From Bacteriovoracaceae bacterium (GTDB lineage Bacteria > Bdellovibrionota > Bacteriovoracia > Bacteriovoracales > Bacteriovoracaceae): 64,000 nucleotides of DNA. The stretch is taken from contig JBLWTJ010000001.1 in NCBI GenBank assembly GCA_048270185.1, positions 1,056,001 to 1,120,000 of the forward strand, given 5' to 3'. Below the pieces are notes generated by a model, which was given only the letters and a program-made list of their open reading frames with translations, searched no databases and was not told where the DNA came from. Of the stretch, positions 1-9,212 are shown piece after piece. Made by a program: the position numbers and the translations under genes. Numbering within the stretch: the first letter of the stretch is position 1; every line of letters begins with the position of its first letter.

Positions 1-128
1 AATGCCGAGCATTGCCCATTCATCGAACTATCATAGTCATAGATCGTGTGAGTATAGGTATCAAACTCGCAATTTGCTAATGTGTTAACTGATAAGAGAA
101 GTGTCGCTAGTAGGATTAGTTTTTTCAT
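1..128 (-). CDS. Secreted hypothetical protein, N-terminal part only (runs off window start)
   Basis: Manual translation from ATG at 128: MKKLILLATLLLSVNTLANCEFDTY..., signal-peptide-like, no stop before position 1. Confidence 0.7.
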   Translation of the reverse strand, partial: MKKLILLATLLLSVNTLANCEFDTYTHTIYDYDSSMNGQCSA

Positions 129-246
129 CTGGGTGTTATATGCCAAATATCAGAATTTTAAAGCTTCAGTGTAAAATATTTACGTAAAATAAAGACATAA
201 AGGATCTTTCAGGCCAAATGCCTAAATTTAGTGTAGTAAATGAGCT

Positions 247-1212
247 ATGAGTTTCACCGATCACCTGGTTCTCGCCCCCATTCGAGGCGTGACCAACTAT
301 GTATATCGCAATGCCTTGGAGCAGACCTTTTCTGGCGCAGATAGTGCCATCGCTCCTTACATTGTAACGAAGGAATCAAACGAACTCAATGAGCGCCAAC
401 TTCATGATGTGCTTCCCGAGAAGAACCTTCTGCCAACTACGGCCCAGATTCTGACAAAGGAAATTGATCAATTCCTCTATGTCGCCAATATCTACAAGGA
501 CTTTGGAGTTAAGAAGGTTAACTTAAATATGGGATGCCCTTATCCTATGGTGGCCAATCGAACAAAAGGTTCAGGACTTCTTCTTCACCCTCAAAAAGTA
601 GAAAAGCTTTTAACTGGAATAAAAGAAAAGTGTCCTATTGAGTTTACGGTGAAGATTCGCCTAGGGCGTGAGGATGTCTCTGAGATCAAAGAGATCATTC
701 CTATAATTAATAAACTAGAGATCAATGATTTTACAATTCATGCTCGCTACGGAAAACAGATCTATGTTGGTGGCGTGGATCTTGATGCATTTGAAGAGTG
801 CTTACCACTTCTAAACACAATCCCCTGCTATAACGGCGACATCAATTCAGTGGAAGACTTCAAAGCTTACAAGACAAGATTTCCCCAAATAAAACGCTGG
901 ATGGTCGGACGAGCGGGTCTTTCAAACCCCGCCCTTATGGCCCAGATCAAGGGTTCAAAATTTAATGAGCAAACCTATCTGGCGAAATTCATTGAAATGC
1001 ATAAGCTTATGACTGAAGAATACCTCTCAATGGATAATGCCAAGTCTGACTATCTCCAAAAAATGCGAGGACATTGGCTCTACTTTAAAGATATTTTTGA
1101 AAACGAACACAAGGTTTATAAGAAAGTGAAAAAGGTCAAATCAATCGAACACTATAATGATGTCGTCGAGTGGATCTTTGAACAAGATCTTAATCCTTCT
1201 TTCTTGAATTAA
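247..1212 (+). CDS. tRNA-dihydrouridine synthase (Dus family)
   Basis: LAP..G start, NLNMGCP, GSGLL, VKIRLG, TIHAR, NGDI, MVGR motifs. Confidence 0.92.
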   Translation: MSFTDHLVLAPIRGVTNYVYRNALEQTFSGADSAIAPYIVTKESNELNERQLHDVLPEKNLLPTTAQILTKEIDQFLYVANIYKDFGVKKVNLNMGCPYPMVANRTKGSGLLLHPQKVEKLLTGIKEKCPIEFTVKIRLGREDVSEIKEIIPIINKLEINDFTIHARYGKQIYVGGVDLDAFEECLPLLNTIPCYNGDINSVEDFKAYKTRFPQIKRWMVGRAGLSNPALMAQIKGSKFNEQTYLAKFIEMHKLMTEEYLSMDNAKSDYLQKMRGHWLYFKDIFENEHKVYKKVKKVKSIEHYNDVVEWIFEQDLNPSFLN

Positions 1213-1263
1213 ATCATTGAATGTAAGAAACAAAGTTTCATAGCATTTTAAAAGTTAACATCC

Positions 1264-2694
1264 CTAATTTGATTCACAAGTCCACGTATAAGTACCACTA
1301 CTAACCCAACAATCTTCTTTTGCATTATTAGGAATACCATGCTTAGCCATACATTCACCATGATAATATCCATCCTCTGTTTTTGTACAACAAGACTTCA
1401 CATCATCCCCCACACAATAAGCTCCACTTCCAGTAGGTGTCGGATTTGTACATGTTCTTGATCTAACATGTGATGTAGTATCGCAAGCTCCCCATTCACT
1501 CCAACCACCATCACGATCACACTCAAAAACATTACATGACTGCTGATATACACCACTACAATTAGTACCACCATTTGAAGGTGCAGGATTAGTACATGTA
1601 CGGGTCATTAAACCGCCGCCACAATCTTTGCTACAAGTAGACCAATCTGACCAACCGCCATTAACTGGACAAACTTGAGTATTACAGACTTCACTGGTAC
1701 TACCGCTACATTCGGCACCACCATTTTGAGGATATGGGTTTGAACAGCTACGAACGCGGATACCACCTCCGCATTGAGCGGAGCATACCCCCCATGCAGA
1801 CCAGCCACCATCAACTGCTTCTAACTCTTTAACGATAGGAATACATTTTAAAGTACCATCACTATTGATACCACTGACAACATGGTCCACGGGACAGTTT
1901 TGCTCAGAAAAATCACGACATCTACTATTTACACAAATTTTTGTTGTCGAGTTGATATCCGCATTTACATTTAGAGTACCAGTCATAGTGTCACCACTAA
2001 TTTTAACGTAGAGTGTATTTAGATAGTTAGTTACAAAATCAATGAGGTACTCAGTTGATATTGCATCAGACTTTGTTGGTGTAACTGAAGGATCAAAGTC
2101 AACAAGTATACATTTATTTGTAACATGATCGTAAACACCACCTATTTTCGTACAAGATTCAATAACGGCAGTATCCACCGCATTACCTAAAGCAGAAAAA
2201 CAAGATACTAACTTATTATTCTCATCTAAGTTAAATTCGACTGGATAACTTTTAACAATCTTTTTATTACCTTTTATTAATTTAGACATACGTTGCATTT
2301 CAACAACGAGCTTTCCCTCTCCAGCTTTCTGACTTGGACCAACAGTTACAGAGTTGAAGTCTTTCAAAGTCATGGATGCTATTTTGATCGTATTATTTCC
2401 ATATACGTTAGTAGTATTTAAAATATCATTATTTAACTTATTCTTTATACTTGATATTGATAGATCGTTAGTTAAAGTTTCACCAAGGCCAAATGTATTT
2501 ACACATGACTGATTATTCAGTAGAGCTTGCGCTATTCGACTATTAAGAGCATTCTCTTCGTACTTAGTCTCCATACGCTTTTGCGTAGTAACTTGATTAT
2601 GAGTTAAGTTCATAAATGCTACGGAGAGAACACCTAAGAGGCCTGCCGCAACCATAATCTCAACTAGCGTGAAACCTTTAATATTTAACTTCAT
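1264..2694 (-). CDS. Prepilin-type N-methylation protein with three C-terminal thrombospondin type 1 repeats
   Basis: [13 protein letters not shown] class III signal; three GGWSxWxxC...R.RxCxNP..GG..C repeats. Confidence 0.85.
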   Translation of the reverse strand: MKLNIKGFTLVEIMVAAGLLGVLSVAFMNLTHNQVTTQKRMETKYEENALNSRIAQALLNNQSCVNTFGLGETLTNDLSISSIKNKLNNDILNTTNVYGNNTIKIASMTLKDFNSVTVGPSQKAGEGKLVVEMQRMSKLIKGNKKIVKSYPVEFNLDENNKLVSCFSALGNAVDTAVIESCTKIGGVYDHVTNKCILVDFDPSVTPTKSDAISTEYLIDFVTNYLNTLYVKISGDTMTGTLNVNADINSTTKICVNSRCRDFSEQNCPVDHVVSGINSDGTLKCIPIVKELEAVDGGWSAWGVCSAQCGGGIRVRSCSNPYPQNGGAECSGSTSEVCNTQVCPVNGGWSDWSTCSKDCGGGLMTRTCTNPAPSNGGTNCSGVYQQSCNVFECDRDGGWSEWGACDTTSHVRSRTCTNPTPTGSGAYCVGDDVKSCCTKTEDGYYHGECMAKHGIPNNAKEDCWVSSGTYTWTCESN

Positions 2695-2806
2695 TTACAC
2701 TCCAACCATAATTAGATATGTTACTGAACTAAATTTAATTGACAATAAATTTAACTTTTCTGAAAGTTTCTATTAAGGAACGTTTTTAAAGAAGGAACAA
2801 TTCAAC

Positions 2807-3544
2807 ATGCAGTTACGAGATCTCTTAATTAAGTACATTGAAAAGAAAGAAAAGACTTATGGAAAATACTCTCTCTCCAAACTATCCTTAGACACGGGCG
2901 TTAGCAAAACTACACTTAGCGGCTTTATAAATAAAGACAGAGTACCGAGCAGAGAAAACCTCTTCAAGATCGCTCAAACTGTTACAACAAATAAAGCTAT
3001 TCTAAAAAAGTACTCAACAGAGCTTGCAACAATAAAGCAAAGCAAACATAGAAAAAAAATCATTTCTTACAAACTTTTTAAAGAAATCAGTGACTGGGAA
3101 TATTTTGCAATCATTGGCTTAACACGCTTAAAGGACAATTCAGCAAATGAAGATTGGATTGCAGATAAATTATCAATTGAAAAAAGCAGAGCAAAAAAAT
3201 GTCTCAAGAAACTTCTTAAAGAAGGATTGTTAAAAATAAAGGACAACCGATTATATAAAGACTATAAGCATCTAGGAACACCTACTGAAATTTCTAACCA
3301 AGATATAAAAAAGGCCCACTCGCAAGCGATTAATTTATCAGAAGAGGCCATGTACACCATACCGTTTAAACATAGACAATACATAACATCAAATCTAACA
3401 ATAAAAGATGAAGACTTAGTAGAAGCAAGAGAGGAGCTAGACAAACTAGTTAAAAAGTTTATTAAAAAATATAACTGTGAAACAGAAGCTGACGCTCTCT
3501 ACAAGTTAAATATTCAATTCTTTCCATTAACTTCAGTAGAATAA
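2807..3544 (+). CDS. TIGR02147/DUF4423-like HTH transcriptional regulator
   Basis: N-terminal XRE-like HTH, ISDWEYFAI, WIADKL, C-terminal YKLNIQFFPLT typical of this family. Confidence 0.8.
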   Translation: MQLRDLLIKYIEKKEKTYGKYSLSKLSLDTGVSKTTLSGFINKDRVPSRENLFKIAQTVTTNKAILKKYSTELATIKQSKHRKKIISYKLFKEISDWEYFAIIGLTRLKDNSANEDWIADKLSIEKSRAKKCLKKLLKEGLLKIKDNRLYKDYKHLGTPTEISNQDIKKAHSQAINLSEEAMYTIPFKHRQYITSNLTIKDEDLVEAREELDKLVKKFIKKYNCETEADALYKLNIQFFPLTSVE

Positions 3545-3608
3545 TTCTTACTCGAATTAAATCTAATCTTAGATTAAATCATGGCCCTTGCTTCTGTGAT
3601 CTCTTTCA

Positions 3609-4025
3609 CTATGCAGCACCAGGTTGGATATCATCTAATGCAGGTATTATATTTTTAATTAATTGTATTAGCTTCTCAAAGTCCACAGGCTTTTCAAAGT
3701 AATCGACGGCCCCAAGCTCTGTTACCTTGTCCTTATATTCATTACTCGAATATCCCGAGATCATTATCGTTGCAATATTAGGAAACCGCGCACGAACTTC
3801 CTTTAAGAGTGTCACTCCATCCATTCCAGGCATATTTATATCACTTAAGATCAATATTACATCATAACCTTTATCACTTTCTAAAATCTCTAGTGCATCT
3901 TCGCCTGATATTGAATAAGTTAAGGTCATTTTATTCGACTTTATCCAATTTTTGAAAACATGTTTAAAGATAAAGAATACATCCTCTTCATCATCAACAA
4001 GTAATACATGAACTTTAATCATCAC
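3609..4025 (-). CDS. Single-domain response regulator (CheY-like)
   Basis: LLVDDE, ILSDINMPGMDG, FEKP. Confidence 0.92.
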   Translation of the reverse strand: MMIKVHVLLVDDEEDVFFIFKHVFKNWIKSNKMTLTYSISGEDALEILESDKGYDVILILSDINMPGMDGVTLLKEVRARFPNIATIMISGYSSNEYKDKVTELGAVDYFEKPVDFEKLIQLIKNIIPALDDIQPGAA

Positions 4026-5349
4026 CTATCTCCTTAGGGAACCTTACCTTAACAATAGTAAATTCATTTGGAACTGATTCAATAAATACATCTCCTCCAT
4101 TACTTTCAACTATCGATTTAACAATAGAAAGTCCAAGACCAGAGCCCTCGGCACCAGATCGAGTCGTAAAGAATGGTTCAAAGACCTTGTCGAGAATATC
4201 CTTATTAATCCCCTCTCCATTATCTTTGACCTCAATTAGTATGTATTTATCTTTCTCGAAAGTATTAATGATTAGCTCAGCTTCCTGATTGCTATTGGCA
4301 AACTTATTGTAAAGACTATGAAGAGAGTTCTCAAAGAGGTTTAAAAAAACAGATTGAATATCATTTGTAAAAAAATGAAGATCTGAACTAATATTTGAAA
4401 AGTGATTAAAATTAAGCTTAATTCCTTCTGTTTTGAATATTGAAGCATGAAATGCATATTTGAAAGATTCACTAATTAATTTGCTAATGGAGTACTCGCT
4501 CTTTCCGCTTTTTCGATTATCTAGCATTATAGAGAGTATACTTTTCATACGAAGACTATGAGTATTGATTATTTCGAGGGCCTTTCCCAAATCTTCAAAA
4601 TCACTATCGTCGCCATCTTTCATATCTTCATATACTGAAGACGCTATTTTACTTGAGTTTAGAGCAAGGTTTAAAGGGTTTCTAATTTCATGTGCTATCC
4701 CCGTTGTAAGTCGCCCTAAAGCGGCAAGTTTCTCTTGTTGAAGTAAGGTTTCATGAGATTTTCTTATGACCTCTTCTTTTTCCTTTACCTGAGTTTCAAC
4801 AACTTTATTTAAGTCCATGATGCTTTGGTTGGCCTCAATCATTGCTAATTCAACACCAACTCGTGAGGCAAATAACTCAATTGCTGATTCGAAGAAATCG
4901 ACCTCGCTAATAACTTTAGTGTCTAAAATAACAAGTAATCCAAAAAATTCACCAGTTGGAAGGATTACAGGAGCTCCAACATAGGCTTCAACTTCCATCT
5001 CTTGTAATAACTCATCTTCAGGAAAATCACTACATACGTTTGAAGCATGAATGCAAACTCTTCTTCCTGTTAAAACATTACTACAAGGAGTTCCAGCTAA
5101 GTTATATTCCATCTTTTCGACAAATTCCCCCTTGGCCATCGCATAATCACTCACGATGAGATTAGGATCTTTTAATGAAGGCTTTCCTACAAAGATATAA
5201 TCAACTTCAAGCTGCTTGACGATATTTTCCATCAGGCTTCTAATATAATCAGCACCAGATTTTTCTTGAGGAATGTCAAAACTCTTTTTTAAAACATGAA
5301 TTTTTTCGACTTGTCCTAACTTACCCATTTCATCGCTCATTTGCTCCAA
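4015..5349 (-). CDS. GAF-domain sensor histidine kinase
   Basis: GTPC/AYVGAP GAF-like input; AHEIRNPL H-box; DNGEG, FEPFFTT, GSGLGL; start uncertain (TTG 5349 or ATG 5340). Confidence 0.9.
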   Translation of the reverse strand: MEQMSDEMGKLGQVEKIHVLKKSFDIPQEKSGADYIRSLMENIVKQLEVDYIFVGKPSLKDPNLIVSDYAMAKGEFVEKMEYNLAGTPCSNVLTGRRVCIHASNVCSDFPEDELLQEMEVEAYVGAPVILPTGEFFGLLVILDTKVISEVDFFESAIELFASRVGVELAMIEANQSIMDLNKVVETQVKEKEEVIRKSHETLLQQEKLAALGRLTTGIAHEIRNPLNLALNSSKIASSVYEDMKDGDDSDFEDLGKALEIINTHSLRMKSILSIMLDNRKSGKSEYSISKLISESFKYAFHASIFKTEGIKLNFNHFSNISSDLHFFTNDIQSVFLNLFENSLHSLYNKFANSNQEAELIINTFEKDKYILIEVKDNGEGINKDILDKVFEPFFTTRSGAEGSGLGLSIVKSIVESNGGDVFIESVPNEFTIVKVRFPKEIGDD

Positions 5350-5514
5350 TACAATATTTTAAGACAAAAAATCAAAAAAAATGTTTAAGAAATATTAAGA
5401 ATAGATAAGAAACTAAACCCAATAAAGAAAATGGTTGAATTCTTATTTCTAAGAAAGGATAAAAGATAGAAATATAATTTTATAATTTAAACATATATTA
5501 GGAAGGAGCTAAAA

Positions 5515-5865
5515 ATGTACATTGATGGATTTGTAACACCTGTACCAAAGAAAAATAAGGATGCTTATATCAAACACCTTGAAGAAGTCTCTCCACTCAT
5601 AAAAGAGATTGGTGTGATTCGAATGGTTGAATCCTGGGGAGATGATATACCACAGGGTGAGCAAACGGACTTTCTTCAAGCAGTTAAATTAAAAGATGAT
5701 GAAACCGTATTATTTGGATGGTTTGAGTGGCCTTCAAAAGAAGTTAGAGACAAAGGCGTTAAGACCATGATGGAAGACAAGAGATTTCAAGAAATGAATA
5801 TGCCATTTGATGGGAAAAGAATGATCTTCGGTGGCTTCTCTTCTATCTTTGACAAAAAGTTTTAA
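5515..5865 (+). CDS. DUF1428 (YbaA-like) protein
   Basis: YIDGFVTPVP, WGDDIP.G..TDF, MPFDGKRMIFGGF; strong RBS. Confidence 0.88.
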   Translation: MYIDGFVTPVPKKNKDAYIKHLEEVSPLIKEIGVIRMVESWGDDIPQGEQTDFLQAVKLKDDETVLFGWFEWPSKEVRDKGVKTMMEDKRFQEMNMPFDGKRMIFGGFSSIFDKKF

Positions 5866-5979
5866 GTAATGATACCAGGTGCTTCAACTAAAGCTTTTAA
5901 GGGACTACTTATTGGATAAAACTTTGGTAAGCTAGTTCTTCAAGACGGGCCATAAAAACTATAAATGAAAGGTAAATTT

Positions 5980-6372
5980 ATGAATAAAGTAATAAGAAGT
6001 TTGAATATCTTGGCCATTATTTTTCTAAGCTTTATGATGCTATTTGGCGCCTACAACCATGTCGCTAATCCAGCATTTTACAACGGATTTATTCCTGATT
6101 TCTTTCCAAAACTTATCGTTAACTATTTTTCAGCTGTTGTTGAGCTTGTTATAGGTGTTCTAATCATTGTTCCTAAGTGGAGAAAAGTCGGATCACTTTC
6201 ATTTATCGGACTCATGATCGCTTTTTTCCCAATACATATTTGGGACCTTTTAAAAGAAGTTCCAGCGATTGGCAGCAAAGAAGCGGCTATAATCAGACTT
6301 GTCGTTCAATTTATCTTCATTGGAATCGCTTATTTTGTTTTTAAGAAATCTAGTTTTCAAAAAGTAAAATAG
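5980..6372 (+). CDS. DoxX-like membrane protein
   Basis: Four hydrophobic segments, H..NP..Y...IP motif; ATG 5980 has AAGGT upstream (alternative start 5965). Confidence 0.7.
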   Translation: MNKVIRSLNILAIIFLSFMMLFGAYNHVANPAFYNGFIPDFFPKLIVNYFSAVVELVIGVLIIVPKWRKVGSLSFIGLMIAFFPIHIWDLLKEVPAIGSKEAAIIRLVVQFIFIGIAYFVFKKSSFQKVK

Positions 6373-6517
6373 GCTTTGGTTTCAACTTCGGTTTCATGAG
6401 CCTTTTCGTTGACCTTGCGTAAAGAAAAAGCACCTGGATCTACATTCCCCGAATTGATACTGAAAAAAAGAAGTAGTAATAAATGAAATGAATTAATTTT
6501 GGTTTTAATCTACTCTT

Positions 6518-7447
6518 TCAATCTGACCACTTAGAAATATAATGTAGATTATTAACAGAACAGATGAATTGCATAACTTGAATGTATAACGATTTCAAGA
6601 TTTCAAGATTTTCATCATCATTACCATCCTTTATATTTATCGAATTGAGGATATTTAATAGTTTTTTTAATTTTCTATAGTGGAGCTTGTTATTTAACTC
6701 TTTATGAACTCGTTGGATAAAGTACTTTTTTCTTTTTGTAATAACCGCAATTACTTTTAAGCGATCTAAAATTAGATCTTCGACTTCTGAAGGATCATTT
6801 AGTTTTACGCGTCCTTTTTTAAAAAGAGCCTTCAATTCTTTTTCATTTCGTCTTTTCACAACTTTTAACTGTTGATTTGTTAAATATTTAGTTGAACCTG
6901 GATGATGAAGAAAGAATCTTAAAGCTGGATAGTAAATGTCTGAACTTAAAATCCAAAGAAAATCAAAAGCATGAGTTGCATAACGATCTAAAAGACGAGC
7001 ATTTTCAAATGGATTAGTTAAAATAAAAGCAGGAACTCCTCTATTATTAAATTGATTTAAGGCTAACAATTGATATAAGTCATTTGTATTTGCCTTAAAT
7101 TCAATTTCCATAACAGAATGGTTTAAAAGAGTAAATTGATGACGATTTCTCATCCGATTATTTGGTTCATAAATATTATTAACGAAATAATTTTTTCTAT
7201 TAGTATTAATTGGTGCTGGTAATTGTAGTTTCGGGTGCAAACATCTTTTAGAAACCTTGTACTGAATTATCATTTCATGTAAGTATGGCAAGTTTAACCG
7301 AATTCTGGCATCAACTCCAAAGTCATCGCCGACAGTCCCTTCGGCCCTCCTTGTGGGCTGATATATATCTGAATAGAATTCTAGAACAAATTCTTTTCTA
7401 ATTAAGTAGTTAACATATGAGCTTAATGAGTTTTCATTTATTGGCAT
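6518..7447 (-). CDS. Hypothetical protein, possible PD-(D/E)xK-type nuclease
   Basis: 309-aa AT-rich ORF; N-terminal E...GVD...IIQYK pattern. Confidence 0.5.
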   Translation of the reverse strand: MPINENSLSSYVNYLIRKEFVLEFYSDIYQPTRRAEGTVGDDFGVDARIRLNLPYLHEMIIQYKVSKRCLHPKLQLPAPINTNRKNYFVNNIYEPNNRMRNRHQFTLLNHSVMEIEFKANTNDLYQLLALNQFNNRGVPAFILTNPFENARLLDRYATHAFDFLWILSSDIYYPALRFFLHHPGSTKYLTNQQLKVVKRRNEKELKALFKKGRVKLNDPSEVEDLILDRLKVIAVITKRKKYFIQRVHKELNNKLHYRKLKKLLNILNSINIKDGNDDENLEILKSLYIQVMQFICSVNNLHYISKWSD

Positions 7448-7746
7448 CCCTAGCCTCTCTAAATAGATATACTTAATCTACCATCGCCATTCCCATCCTA
7501 AAACTTAACCTTCTCACACAATTCCCCTTCAGAAAAACTAACCACATATACACTTTCCCAAACCACCCCATCAACAAAATTAACACATTACAGCTTCAAC
7601 CTAAACTGCATCTAAAGATAAAAAATTCCACATATTTTAAAAAGTTTGATACGAATTCGTAATTGCGAACTTCAATACGGCCATGTAAAATGACACCCAA
7701 TTGCAGGCGGAGATGGTCTCCGCCCATGAATCACAGGAAGTGCGCT

Positions 7747-8574
7747 ATCCCTGAGTTACCCGAAGTCGAAACCATCAAATCACAACTCTCCCACGTTCTT
7801 CCAATGGAAGTCGAGGAAGTCGTCTTTTCAAGCGTCAGTGATTCCATTGTAAAAGACAAGGACTTCAATCCAAAAGGCATGACTCTCCAAAGAATTGAGC
7901 GCCAAGGAAAAGTTTTGCGCTTCTTCTTTGAAGATTGTGATGGCAATGAATGGCGAGCGATTTCTGGATTGGGAATGTCGGGATCGTGGCGAATTGCCAC
8001 GGAAGAAATTACAGAAAAGCACACTCACGTAAAACTCATTGGAACAAATGCAAAAGGCCCACTTCATCTTGGCTATATTGACCCGAGACGCTTTGGTGTC
8101 TTTCACCTCTACTCTCCACCAAATGAAGCGACATGGCTTACACGTCTTGGCCCTGATGTATCAAAAGCCGAGTTCACACTCGAGTATCTTTTGATGCTTA
8201 AAAAAGAACGCCCTAATAAAGTTTTAAAACCATTCTTGTTAGAGCAAAACTTCTTTGCAGGTGTTGGTAATTATATGGCCAGCGAGATTTGTGCGCGTGC
8301 AGGAGTTCGCCCCACTCGCAGGATGAAAACTCTCACAAAACTTGAACTTGAAAAGCTTTACATGGCCGTAAAGATTGTTCTTGATGACTCCATAAGCACA
8401 GGAGGCACGACATTTTCAGGTGGCTACCAAGACGCTTTTGGTGAAAAAGGTGAAGGTGTGAAAAATCTTGTGGTCTTCTATCAAAAGATCTGTGGACTTT
8501 GTAAGAAGACTGAAGTGAAGAAGATTACTCTTGCTCAGCGCGGGACTTACTACTGTCCTAGTTGTCAAAAGTGA
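7747..8574 (+). CDS. mutM: Formamidopyrimidine-DNA glycosylase (Fpg/MutM)
   Basis: PELPEVET, LGMSG, DPRRFG, GVGNYMASE H2TH, C-terminal CxxC...CPSCQ zinc finger; codon before Pro is ATC. Confidence 0.92.
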   Translation: MPELPEVETIKSQLSHVLPMEVEEVVFSSVSDSIVKDKDFNPKGMTLQRIERQGKVLRFFFEDCDGNEWRAISGLGMSGSWRIATEEITEKHTHVKLIGTNAKGPLHLGYIDPRRFGVFHLYSPPNEATWLTRLGPDVSKAEFTLEYLLMLKKERPNKVLKPFLLEQNFFAGVGNYMASEICARAGVRPTRRMKTLTKLELEKLYMAVKIVLDDSISTGGTTFSGGYQDAFGEKGEGVKNLVVFYQKICGLCKKTEVKKITLAQRGTYYCPSCQK

Positions 8575-9154
8575 TTTGATAATTCTTTAATCGATCAGTT
8601 AAATAGAGTCGGCCTTTGTTCGTTACGATTCGAAAGAAATCATTTCCAACTCCGTCCTCTCTTAATTTCTTTCTTAAACGACTAAGACTTACATCCATTG
8701 TGTTCTCGCTTGTCGAGCCATAGAGGAAGTCGGCGATTTTATTTTTCTCTCCATTTTGAGCACGATTGATAAAGCGAAATAACTCCATATCAGCACGGCT
8801 TAAGAAGTGAAATAATTTATAGATTTCCATTAAGCGAAGGCGGTTATAGAGAGTTTCTAGAAATTCATCTCCATTAAGGTTTTTAAAAACACACAGGTTT
8901 CCACCAAGAGGCAGGAGGCGATCAAGTCCCTTTTGAAAGAATGAATCGACGAAGTAGACAAATTTTACATTGGTGTACATGATATCTTTGGCAAGTCCCT
9001 TAGGGATCTCATCAAGCTCAACTAGGAGCATTTCACCTGGTTCACTATCAGTAGGAAACTCATCGAGATATTGGATTTCAGTATGGAAGATTTCTTGGAT
9101 TTCATCGTGAAAGTAAATTTTTTTCTTATCTGTTGTATATGCAAGTAATTTCAC
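8558..9154 (-). CDS. Atypical response regulator: pseudo-receiver plus OmpR-like winged helix (paralog 1)
   Basis: ENTMDVSLSRLRKKL recognition helix; degenerate receiver-like N-terminus. Confidence 0.7.
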   Translation of the reverse strand: MKLLAYTTDKKKIYFHDEIQEIFHTEIQYLDEFPTDSEPGEMLLVELDEIPKGLAKDIMYTNVKFVYFVDSFFQKGLDRLLPLGGNLCVFKNLNGDEFLETLYNRLRLMEIYKLFHFLSRADMELFRFINRAQNGEKNKIADFLYGSTSENTMDVSLSRLRKKLREDGVGNDFFRIVTNKGRLYLTDRLKNYQITFDN

Positions 9155-9212
9155 GTCGTGCCCCTTATTTTAGACATTAAACCTAGCTTGCGTATTGGCA
9201 ATTTAAGATTTC

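Noticed and set aside
5866..6517. Integron cassette array (small genes in series)
   Set aside because: No RYYYAAC...GTTRRRY attC structures and no integrase seen
7663..7746. N-terminal extension of MutM given by the ORF track
   Set aside because: Fpg needs an N-terminal Pro; the SD fits a start at 7747
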